Positions 9,866 through 17,345 of a stretch of 64,000 nucleotides of DNA are shown one piece after another. The notes under the pieces are model-generated. The model made no database searches. It was not told where the DNA came from and saw only the letters and a list, made by a program, of their open reading frames with translations. Source of the stretch: Thermoanaerobaculia bacterium (GTDB lineage Bacteria; Acidobacteriota; Thermoanaerobaculia; UBA5066); NCBI GenBank assembly GCA_963821225.1, contig CAWGCY010000006.1, positions 723,217 to 787,216 on the forward strand, given 5' to 3'. Position numbers and translations under genes: made by a program. Each line of letters begins with the position of its first letter. The first letter of the stretch is position 1.

Positions 9866-11152
9866 ATGGAGATTCGAGGAACCATGCCGCGCCTGGGCGA
9901 CGTCCTCATCGAAAAGAAGCTCATCAGCGACGAGCAGCGGAACCGTGCCGTCATGCGGCAGGTCCGCCAGCACGGACGGATCGGGACGGCGCTGCTGGAG
10001 GAGGAAGCCTCCGAGGAGGTCATTCTCCACGGCCTCTCCGTCCAGCACCGGGTGCCGCCGGCGTCGCCGGAAGCGCTGGAGCAGATCCGCGCGGACGTCC
10101 TGCGCCTCGTGCCCGGCCGCGTCGCCCAGCGCCTGCACGCCGTGCCGTTTCGCAGGGACGGACGCAGCCTCGCGGTCGCGATGCGCGATCCCGGCAACCT
10201 CCCCGCTCTCGACGAGCTCGCGGCGCTCACGGGTTTCCGCATCGTTCCGCACGCTGCCCTCGAAGTGCGCATCTACGCTCTTCTCTACCGCTATTACGCT
10301 GCCGACGTCGAGCCGCGGTACCTCTCGGCGGCGGCATTCCTCCGCGAGACACAGCCCGCCCCCGAGGTGGACGCGGACGAGCCGACGCAGCCGGCACGTG
10401 CGCGTCCCAAGAGCCGGCCGGACCTGCGCGTCGTCCCGCCGCCACCGCCGCCCGACCTCACCTCGCCCTACCCTCAGCGCGCGCGGCGGCTCGATCAGGG
10501 CGACCCGTGGCAGTCGACGACGGAGCTCGCGCCCACTGCGTCGCTCGCGGTCGCCGCGCGACGCATGGAGTCGGAGATTTTCGAAGATCCGCTCGCGTCC
10601 ATCGACCCGGAGCCGGACTCGATGGAGTTCACGCCCCGGCTCGAGGAGCCGGGCGGAGAGGCCGGGGACGAGCCGGAGGGCGAAGAGCGGCTCGTCGCGC
10701 GCCTCGGCGCGGCCCGGAGCCGCGACGACATCGCCGACGCCGTCCTCGAAGAGTCCATGCGCCACGTTCGCCGTGCAGCCCTCTTCGTGGCGTATCCCGA
10801 CCACGTGCGAGGCTGGGCCGCTCGACCGGCCTCGCCCAAGTTCTCTTCTCTTCACCTGCCCGACACGGAGCCTTCAGTCTTCGCGACGCTGCGCAACACC
10901 GAAGGGTTCTACGTCGGCCCGCAGCCGGACCTGCCCGGAACGGCCTCCACGCTCGAGGCCCTCGAGTCCAACGGCCTCGGGCCCGTGGCCGTCGTCCCCG
11001 TGAACCTCAAGGGAAAGACCGTCCTCTATCTCTACGGCGAGGCCGAATCCGAGGAGCGTCCCCCGTCCGTCCCGGCCCTGAAGCGCCTCGCGGCCATGGC
11101 CGCGACGGCCCTCGAGATCGTTCTGCTGAAACGGCGTCTCGGTCGCCTTTGA
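9866..11152 (+). CDS. MshEN / T2SSE_N-domain protein (putative c-di-GMP-binding) with disordered linker and C-terminal GAF-like domain
   Basis: [26 protein letters not shown]...[39 protein letters not shown] is the GspE/MshE N-terminal domain. There is no ATPase domain. Start is ambiguous: ATG 9866 (SD gggagg) or ATG 9884. Confidence 0.6.
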   Translation: MEIRGTMPRLGDVLIEKKLISDEQRNRAVMRQVRQHGRIGTALLEEEASEEVILHGLSVQHRVPPASPEALEQIRADVLRLVPGRVAQRLHAVPFRRDGRSLAVAMRDPGNLPALDELAALTGFRIVPHAALEVRIYALLYRYYAADVEPRYLSAAAFLRETQPAPEVDADEPTQPARARPKSRPDLRVVPPPPPPDLTSPYPQRARRLDQGDPWQSTTELAPTASLAVAARRMESEIFEDPLASIDPEPDSMEFTPRLEEPGGEAGDEPEGEERLVARLGAARSRDDIADAVLEESMRHVRRAALFVAYPDHVRGWAARPASPKFSSLHLPDTEPSVFATLRNTEGFYVGPQPDLPGTASTLEALESNGLGPVAVVPVNLKGKTVLYLYGEAESEERPPSVPALKRLAAMAATALEIVLLKRRLGRL

Positions 11153-11181
11153 ACCGCCGAGCCCGGCCCAACCGACTCGAT

Positions 11182-11211
11182 TTGAACGAGATGCCCGAGG
11201 ACGGGTAGACT
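11182..11211 (+). promoter_or_regulatory. putative sigma70-type promoter of the HU gene (TTGAAC-18-TAGACT), implying a very short or leaderless transcript
   Basis: ttgaac at 11182-11187, tagact at 11206-11211. GTG start at 11221 is only 9 nt downstream. Confidence 0.4.
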
Positions 11212-11220
11212 CTACCCTAC

Positions 11221-11559
11221 GTGATCAAGAACGACATCATCAACGCGGTCGCGGAGGCGGCCGGCGTGGGGCGCCAGAAGGCGACGCAGGCCGTCGAGAC
11301 GATCATCGACGTGCTGCGCCAGGCACTGACGCGCGGCGAGCGCATCGAGCTGCGCGGCTTCGGCGTCTTCCTCGTGAAGCCCAGAAAACGCGGCATCGGC
11401 CGCAACCCGAAACGCCCCACCGAAGAGGTGCAGATTCCGCCCGGCTTCACGATCCGGTTCAAGCCCGGCAAGGAGCTGCGCGACATGACCGGCCCGCCCG
11501 AAGAACCGGCCGCGAAGGCCGCGTCTCCAGGGCCGCCCCCCTCCGGCTCGCCCTCCTGA
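11221..11559 (+). CDS. hup: HU/IHF-family DNA-binding protein with Pro/Ala-rich C-terminal tail
   Basis: MIKNDIINAVAEAAGVGRQKATQAVETIIDVLRQALTRGERIELRGFGVF...NPKRP matches the HU/IHF fold signature. GTG start. Confidence 0.85.
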   Translation: MIKNDIINAVAEAAGVGRQKATQAVETIIDVLRQALTRGERIELRGFGVFLVKPRKRGIGRNPKRPTEEVQIPPGFTIRFKPGKELRDMTGPPEEPAAKAASPGPPPSGSPS

Positions 11560-11563
11560 ATTC

Positions 11564-12484
11564 ATGAGCGAGGTCTGGGTGAGTGCGCCGGCCGCCGTGC
11601 CGCGGCGGAAGGAACGGTGGTGGCTTCACGGCCTTCTCTTCGCGGCGACGTTTCTGACGACCACGTACGCGGGTGTCGTCTTCGCCGCCGGGTTCCGTCC
11701 GGCACTTCTTCTTCGAATCGAGAAGACGCCCTCTCTCTTCGATCCCCGCCTCTTCAAGGAGGGGCTCGTGTTTTCTCTTCCCCTTCTGGCCATCCTCCTG
11801 GCGCACGAGCTCGGCCACTATCTGATGTGCCGCCGTTACGGCATCGACGCGTCGCCTCCTTACTTCATCCCCTTTCCGCCCCAGGTCTCCCTCGTCGGGA
11901 CCATGGGCGCGTTCATTCGCATCCGCGAGCAGATCCGCGACAAACGCCAGCTCTTCGACATGGCCGTGGCCGGCCCGATCGCCGGGTTCGCCGTGGCCGT
12001 CCCCCTTCTCGCGTGGGGCGTCTCGCACTCGCGGGTCAATCCGTCCCCCGCGCTCTCGGAAGGGACAGTGATCTTCCAGTACCCGATCCTCATCCAGCTC
12101 TTTCAGAGGATCTTCGCCGGCACGACGTACACGAGCGTGGACGTCATCGAGCATCCGGTCTTCCTCGCCGCGTGGTTCGGGCTCTTCGTGACGGCGCTGA
12201 ACCTTCTGCCGCTCGGACAGCTCGACGGCGGCCACGCGATCTACGCGGTCTTCGGCCGCTTCCAGCGCGTCCTCGCGCTGCCGCTCCTCGTCGTCCTCGC
12301 CCTCCTCGGGCTGAAGTGGCCGGGCTGGTGGGTGTGGGTGCTCTTCACGCTCTTCACCGGCCTCCGTCATCCGCCGGTCGCGAACGAGGGTGAGCCGCTC
12401 GACGACCGGCGAAAGCTCGTTGCGGTGGGCGTGCTTCTCATCTTCGTCCTCTGCTTCGCGCCCGTTCCGATCGAGGTCCTCTAA
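11564..12484 (+). CDS. site-2 protease family (M50) membrane metalloprotease
   Basis: HELGHYL zinc motif and LDGGH motif; multiple TM helices. Confidence 0.8.
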   Translation: MSEVWVSAPAAVPRRKERWWLHGLLFAATFLTTTYAGVVFAAGFRPALLLRIEKTPSLFDPRLFKEGLVFSLPLLAILLAHELGHYLMCRRYGIDASPPYFIPFPPQVSLVGTMGAFIRIREQIRDKRQLFDMAVAGPIAGFAVAVPLLAWGVSHSRVNPSPALSEGTVIFQYPILIQLFQRIFAGTTYTSVDVIEHPVFLAAWFGLFVTALNLLPLGQLDGGHAIYAVFGRFQRVLALPLLVVLALLGLKWPGWWVWVLFTLFTGLRHPPVANEGEPLDDRRKLVAVGVLLIFVLCFAPVPIEVL

Positions 12485-12486
12485 AA

Positions 12487-12526
12487 GGGGGCGCCCCGGA
12501 GTCGGCGCGAGGCGTCTTTTTTTTCA
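12487..12526 (+). terminator. putative intrinsic terminator (GC-rich palindrome ggggcgcccc / gcgcc..ggcgc followed by a T8 run)
   Basis: ggggcgccccggagtcggcgcgaggcgtc followed by tttttttt, directly after the M50 protease stop. Confidence 0.5.
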
Positions 12527-12655
12527 GTTGAGACCGAGTCCTGCTCTCTGCTAGGGTACCGCCGACATACAACCTCAAGGCCTCGGTCGGGGTACTCGCT
12601 GACCGTCCGTGCAGCCACAGTTCCGGCGAGATTCTCTCGTTCAGGAGGTACACCG

Positions 12656-13555
12656 ATGAAGAAGGGGCTCATTCCCGGGCTGACACTCGTTGCGGCGCTC
12701 GCCCTCGCGGCCGCGCCGGCGCTCCGCGCAGACGATGACGATCCCAACGAAAAGGGCAGCCCGAAAGCCCACGTCCACCCGGTCAGGGATGCGAGGCCTG
12801 GCGGGGGAGGAGGCTCGCCCGACCTCGTCTACCATGGCGGCAAGATCATGCCGACAGCCCACACATATTCAATTTTCTGGGGCACGAGCTGGAACGGCTA
12901 CGGGGGCGACAAGTTTTCCGGTCTCGACTCGTTCTTCATCGGGTTCAATGGTAGCCGCTACGCGGGGACGAACACCGAGTACACGGGAATCGGCGGCCAG
13001 GTCGGCTCCGCCACGAACCACTTCGGGCATTTTGTCGACACATCTGCTGGCCCCACCCGCGCGCCCAAGACTTCGACGATCCTCGCTGAGGTCTGTAAGG
13101 TAGCTGCGGACCCCAACGGCGTTGCTCCGGACAGCGACGGGAATAGCTATTACGCCGTCTACACGGATCTTCCGCGAGGCCACGCGGGCTATTGCGCCTG
13201 GCACACGTATGGAAGTTGCAACGGCACGCCCGTCCAATTCGCGTTCTTCTTCGACCTCGACGGAGACCCCGGCTGCGACCCCCAATCGACGGGACCAGGG
13301 TCGCAGGGCCTCAAGGCTCTCGCAAACGTCTCGGGCCACGAGCTCTCCGAGGCACTTACGGACCCCGCCAGCCCTGGCGCCTGGTACGACTCGTCCGGTG
13401 CCGAGAACGCCGACAAGTGCGCCTGGACGTTCGGCGCTCCGCTTCTGACCCTCAGCAACGGAGCCCAGTTCAAGATCCAGGGCAACTGGTCGAACAAGGC
13501 CTACGACAACGGACAGACCGGATACGCGAAGGGCGGTTGCATCGACGGGCACTGA
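12656..13555 (+). CDS. secreted EXORDIUM / phosphate-induced protein 1 (Phi_1, PF04674)-like protein
   Basis: Signal peptide MKKGLIPGLTLVAALALAAAPALRA. Motifs LVYHGGKIM...IFWG, CAWHTYG, GHELSEALTDP...AWYD and KCAWTFG resemble plant EXO/Phi_1 proteins. Confidence 0.5.
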   Translation: MKKGLIPGLTLVAALALAAAPALRADDDDPNEKGSPKAHVHPVRDARPGGGGGSPDLVYHGGKIMPTAHTYSIFWGTSWNGYGGDKFSGLDSFFIGFNGSRYAGTNTEYTGIGGQVGSATNHFGHFVDTSAGPTRAPKTSTILAEVCKVAADPNGVAPDSDGNSYYAVYTDLPRGHAGYCAWHTYGSCNGTPVQFAFFFDLDGDPGCDPQSTGPGSQGLKALANVSGHELSEALTDPASPGAWYDSSGAENADKCAWTFGAPLLTLSNGAQFKIQGNWSNKAYDNGQTGYAKGGCIDGH

Positions 13556-13576
13556 GCTTCGACTTCTTTAGATTCC

Positions 13577-13615
13577 ACGCCCGCCGGCCTCGCGCCGGCG
13601 GGCGTTTCGTTTTCG
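13577..13615 (+). terminator. bidirectional intrinsic terminator hairpin between convergent genes
   Basis: acgcccgccggc-ctcgc-gccggcgggcgt is a perfect 12-bp stem, followed by ttcgttttcg. Confidence 0.65.
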
Positions 13616-13630
13616 GCGACCTTCCTTCGC

Positions 13631-13993
13631 TCAGATCCACTCCGGCGCGTCCACCGTCCGCTCCCCGCCCGCGTCTCCCGTGTTGACCGTGGATACGGGC
13701 TCGAAGAGGAGGACGTGGACTTCCTTCTCCGCCAGAGGCCTGTGCTCGGTGCCGCGCGGGACGACGATGAGCTCGCCCGCGCGCAGCGGAACCGAGCGGT
13801 CGCGGAATTCCATGACGAACTCGCCCTCGACGACGAGAAAGAGCTCGTCCTCGTTCTCGTGCCGGTGCCAGATGAACGGCCCTTCGAACTTCACGAGCTT
13901 CACGTGCTGGCCGTTCAGCTCGGCCACGATCTTCGGATCCCAGCGGGACGTGAATTGCGTCAGCTTCTCGCGGATGTTGATCTTGTCGATCAT
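13631..13993 (-). CDS. cupin-domain protein
   Basis: 120 aa, MIDKINIREKL...HRHENEDELFLVVEGEF...VVPRGTEHRP is a cupin_2 two-His motif. ATG overlaps the murJ stop (ATGA). The long ORF-track extension (711 aa) is an artifact. Confidence 0.75.
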   Translation of the reverse strand: MIDKINIREKLTQFTSRWDPKIVAELNGQHVKLVKFEGPFIWHRHENEDELFLVVEGEFVMEFRDRSVPLRAGELIVVPRGTEHRPLAEKEVHVLLFEPVSTVNTGDAGGERTVDAPEWI

Positions 13994-15603
13994 TCCGGCT
14001 CCTGTGCTCTCTTCTTTCGAAGCGCGCCGAGCACCTCGTCCACCTCCGGCGCGCGGAGCAGCTTCGCGAGGACGATAAAGGCCGCGGCGCCGACCGAGGC
14101 GACCGCCCCCACCCAACCTATCCTGAGCGGGAGCCCCCAGGCCGCTTGGTACGGCACCAGCGTCTCCGAGATAGCCCACACGATCCCCCCCATTCCGAGG
14201 CTCGCGAGGGCGACCCGGGCGAGCCCGGCCCCGATCGCGCGCCCCCCGAGCCTGCCGAGCCGCATCCTCAGGAGGGCGAGAAGCGCGAGAAAGTTGATCC
14301 AGAACCCCGCCGACGTCGCGAGGGCGACCCCCGCGTGCTGCATCGGCCCGGCGAGAGAAACGCAGAGAACCCAAAAAACGGCGAGATCGAACGTGGCCAC
14401 GAGGACAGGCGTGCGGGTGTCGTGGAGCGCGTAGAACGCCTGAGTCACGATCTTGACGCCCGCCGCCGCGTAGAGGCCGAGAGCGAAGAAGACGACCGCG
14501 CCCGCAGTCTTCGGGACGGCCGCCACGCCGAACCGCCCGCGCCGGAAGATCACGTCGACGACGGGCGCGGCGAGGAGCATGAGGCCCACCATCGACGGGA
14601 TCGTGACGAAGCCGATGAGGCGCAGAGCGAACGCGACCGTGGCCTTGTAGGCGGAGCGGTCCTTCTCGAGCGCCTGCTCCGAAAGGGACGGCAGGACCGT
14701 CCGCGTCAGCGAGACGACGAACCCGCCGAGGACGAAGTCCGTGACGCGCCACGCGCAGAAGTTGTAGGTCACGAACGCGTCTCCGATCGCCGCCAGCGTG
14801 CGGGTCGACACGAGAAACGAGAGCTGCCCGACGCCGAAACCGTAGAGGCGCGGCGCGATCTGGAGCGCCGTGCGCTTCACCTCCGCGTCGCGGAAAGGCG
14901 AGCCCGAGAACCTCAGGCCCAGCCGGCGCACGGCCGGCCCCTGGAGCGCGACCTGGAGGCCGCCTCCCACGAGCACGCCCACCGTCAACGCCTCGAGCGG
15001 CGACACGCCGGCGGGCGCGAGGGCCCAGGCGGCCGCGACGATCGCGAGGTTCCACGCGATGGGCGTGGCCGCCGAGAGCTGGAAGAAGCCTTTGGAGTTC
15101 AGGAAGGCCTCGAGCAGGGCGGCCACGGAGACGAGCAGGATGTAGGGGAACATCCAGCGCGTCAGCCGGACCGTCAGCTCGAACTTCCCGGGGGTCGCCT
15201 TGAAGCCGTTCGCGAAGAGCGCGACGATCGGTTCCGCGAGGAGGATGCCGGCGGCCACGAGACACACGAGCACGCAGAGGAGGAGGACGAGCATCCGGCC
15301 CGCGTAGACACCCTCCTCGCCGGGACGCTCCCGCTCCACCTTTTTCGCCATCGGGACGAACGCCGCCGGCAGGCCGCCCTCCCCCACGATCGCGCGGAAC
15401 GTGTTCGGGATGCGCAAGGCCGTGTAAAAGGCGTCGGACGCGGCCGAGGCCCCGAGGAACCGGGCTACCGTCGCGTCGCGCAGGACGCCCGCCACGCGGG
15501 AGACGACCGTCCACGCGGTGATGCCCCAGGTCGACCGGACCAGTTTCCGCGTGTCTCTCAAACCAGGGGGATTGTAGGATCCGGTCGATCGGAGGACGGA
15601 CAT
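13990..15603 (-). CDS. murJ: lipid II flippase MurJ (MviN)
   Basis: SRVAGVLRDATVARFLGASAASDAFYTALRIPNTFRAIVGEGGLPAAFVP is the MurJ N-terminal signature; 14 predicted TM helices. Start is uncertain: ATG 15603 shares bases with the ssb ATG; an alternative TTG lies at 15561. Confidence 0.8.
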   Translation of the reverse strand: MSVLRSTGSYNPPGLRDTRKLVRSTWGITAWTVVSRVAGVLRDATVARFLGASAASDAFYTALRIPNTFRAIVGEGGLPAAFVPMAKKVERERPGEEGVYAGRMLVLLLCVLVCLVAAGILLAEPIVALFANGFKATPGKFELTVRLTRWMFPYILLVSVAALLEAFLNSKGFFQLSAATPIAWNLAIVAAAWALAPAGVSPLEALTVGVLVGGGLQVALQGPAVRRLGLRFSGSPFRDAEVKRTALQIAPRLYGFGVGQLSFLVSTRTLAAIGDAFVTYNFCAWRVTDFVLGGFVVSLTRTVLPSLSEQALEKDRSAYKATVAFALRLIGFVTIPSMVGLMLLAAPVVDVIFRRGRFGVAAVPKTAGAVVFFALGLYAAAGVKIVTQAFYALHDTRTPVLVATFDLAVFWVLCVSLAGPMQHAGVALATSAGFWINFLALLALLRMRLGRLGGRAIGAGLARVALASLGMGGIVWAISETLVPYQAAWGLPLRIGWVGAVASVGAAAFIVLAKLLRAPEVDEVLGALRKKRAQEPE

Positions 15604-16030
15604 GGCTGGATCCGTGAACAAGGTGATCCTCATCGGCCACCTCGGGGCCGACCCGGAAATGCGCGCCACCACGGGCGGAGTGCCCATCGCGCGGCTGCGC
15701 ATCGCGACGACAGAGACGTGGAACGATCGCGCCAGCGGACAGAAGCAGGAGAAGACCGAGTGGCACACGGTCATCGCGTTCGACAAGCTCGCGAGCATCT
15801 GCGAGCGGTACCTGTCGAAGGGGCGCCTCGTGTACATCGAGGGCGCGCTCCAGACGCGCACGTGGGACGACAAGGAGACGGGCCAGAAGCGCTACGCCAC
15901 CGAGATCAAGGCGCGGGACATGAAGATGCTGGGAAGCCGCCCGGATGCCGGGAGCGTCTCCGGCGCGTCGACTCCGGCGGTCCCTGACGCCGCGGCCGGC
16001 GGCGACGCCGACGACGATGTTCCGTTCTAG
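15602..16030 (+). CDS. ssb: single-stranded DNA-binding protein
   Basis: OB-fold sequence VNKVILIGHLGADPE...TEWH with acidic tail DDDVPF. SD ggagg lies 7 nt upstream. Confidence 0.9.
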   Translation: MAGSVNKVILIGHLGADPEMRATTGGVPIARLRIATTETWNDRASGQKQEKTEWHTVIAFDKLASICERYLSKGRLVYIEGALQTRTWDDKETGQKRYATEIKARDMKMLGSRPDAGSVSGASTPAVPDAAAGGDADDDVPF

Positions 16031-16037
16031 AAAGCGA

Positions 16038-16068
16038 AGAGAAAGAGAAGATTTCTTAGAAGGGGAAG
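16038..16068. repeat. AT-rich purine tract containing an 18-mer (rc = ccccttctaagaaatctt) identical to the one at 17264-17281. Left arm of an inverted repeat flanking nagZ.
   Basis: aagatttcttagaagggg at 16048-16065 has a reverse complement identical to 17264-17281. Local GC is far below the ~70% background. Confidence 0.6.
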
Positions 16069-16186
16069 AGTCAGGAGGGCGCGAGAGAGGCGCCGGTGCC
16101 CCTTGAGACGCACGCGCGTGCTGTCTGACCGAAGCGAGTTCACGCGCGAAGGAGCAGGGGGTACCGGGCCGAGCGAGCCGGCTTTT

Positions 16187-17254
16187 CTAGGAGAATCTGA
16201 AGTTCATCTCCTCTCTTTTGGGCCTCGGCTTGCTGAGCAATTCCCTGAAAGTCGCTGCTTCTTCCGCCAGCTTCTTCCACGCTTCTTCGTCGAATCGCGG
16301 ACGCGGTGCGTCCGCGACGCGGCGGCGGAGAGTCGCGAAACGGGCGTCCCGCGCCGGGTCGTTACCGAGCGCTTCCACGCGCGTGACACATTCTTCCCAG
16401 GCGTCGCTCTGAGCCGAGACGATGAGTGCATCGCAACCGGCTCGAGCCGCCCGTTCCGCGCGCTCGGGAAGGGTCCCGTCCAGGGCGCCCTTCACGAGAT
16501 CGTCGGCGAACGCGACGCCTTCGAAGTGCACGGGTCCGCGCAACACGCCGAGGAGTTTCGGCGAGCAGGACGCAGGAGTATCGTCACCCGTGAAGCCCGG
16601 GTACGCAGCGTGGCCCACGACGACGCCGTCCGTGCCCCGGGCCAGCTTCGCGAAGGGCGCGACGTCGGTCACCATCAGGTCCACGTCATGCGCATCCACG
16701 ACCGGCCGCGCGAGCCGCGTGTCCTTTCCCGCGCGCCCCAGCCCCGGGAAGTGCTTCACGGCGGTCGCGAGGCCCGCACGCGCGAGGCCGTGCAGGAACA
16801 TCATCCCCGAGAGCACGACGTCCTCCGCGTGAAACCCGAAACAGCGCCCCTGGAGGACGACGGCCCCCGTGCCCGGCTGCGCGAGGTCGAGAACCGGCGC
16901 GAGATCCACGTCGAAGCCCAGGAGGCGCGCCGCGCGCCCCATGAGATACGCGTTCTCGTGAACGCGGTCCGTTCCGGCCGCGGCGCACAGGGCTGCCGAC
17001 GCGAACGGAGTCCCGACGAGCGGCCCGATGGGATCCTCGCTCCCGCCTTCCTGGGAGATGAAGAGGAGGGGCGGGGGTGAATAGAGCCCTCTCAACGCCT
17101 CCAGCAGTGAAGCAGCTTGCGGGGCCGATAGAAGATTTTGCTTGGAAAGGAGGATTCCGAGAGGGCGAAGCGCGACGAGCAGCACGCTCTCCTCCGCCGA
17201 CGGCGAAGGTCCCGCGAGACCAAGCACGAACCGCGAGGCAGCCGCGACCGCCAC
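16187..17254 (-). CDS. nagZ: beta-N-acetylhexosaminidase (glycoside hydrolase family 3)
   Basis: KHFPGLGRAGKDT... and overall GH3 N-terminal domain. GTG start. The overlapping plus-strand ORF 16103..17080 was rejected. Confidence 0.8.
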   Translation of the reverse strand: MAVAAASRFVLGLAGPSPSAEESVLLVALRPLGILLSKQNLLSAPQAASLLEALRGLYSPPPLLFISQEGGSEDPIGPLVGTPFASAALCAAAGTDRVHENAYLMGRAARLLGFDVDLAPVLDLAQPGTGAVVLQGRCFGFHAEDVVLSGMMFLHGLARAGLATAVKHFPGLGRAGKDTRLARPVVDAHDVDLMVTDVAPFAKLARGTDGVVVGHAAYPGFTGDDTPASCSPKLLGVLRGPVHFEGVAFADDLVKGALDGTLPERAERAARAGCDALIVSAQSDAWEECVTRVEALGNDPARDARFATLRRRVADAPRPRFDEEAWKKLAEEAATFRELLSKPRPKREEMNFRFS

Positions 17255-17345
17255 TCCCCTATTCCCCTTCTAAGAAATCTTTCTTTCTTCTCTTCTCTTT
17301 TCCGAAGCAAATATTTCTCTTTCTTCTGTTCTCTTCATTCCTCCC
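17255..17345. repeat. AT-rich pyrimidine tract containing 18-mer ccccttctaagaaatctt. Right arm of the inverted repeat; lies between the nagZ start and the mutS stop.
   Basis: ccccttctaagaaatctttctttcttctcttctcttttccgaagcaaatatttctctttcttctgttctcttcattcc. The TTCTAAGAAAT core also occurs at 41847-41857. Confidence 0.6.

Noticed and set aside
16103-17080. Plus-strand 325-aa ORF overlapping nagZ
   Set aside because: The minus-strand frame has clear GH3/NagZ motifs (KHFPGLG...). The plus-strand frame is Arg-rich without motifs.
17259-17340. Possible 22-aa peptide (MKRTEEREIFASEKRREERKIS) encoded on the minus strand of the AT-rich tract; the conserved motif supplies its stop codon
   Set aside because: SD-to-ATG spacing is only 1 nt and the sequence is low-complexity. 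The apparent ...KIS-stop similarity at the other repeat copy has no start codon. More likely a DNA or RNA-level motif.
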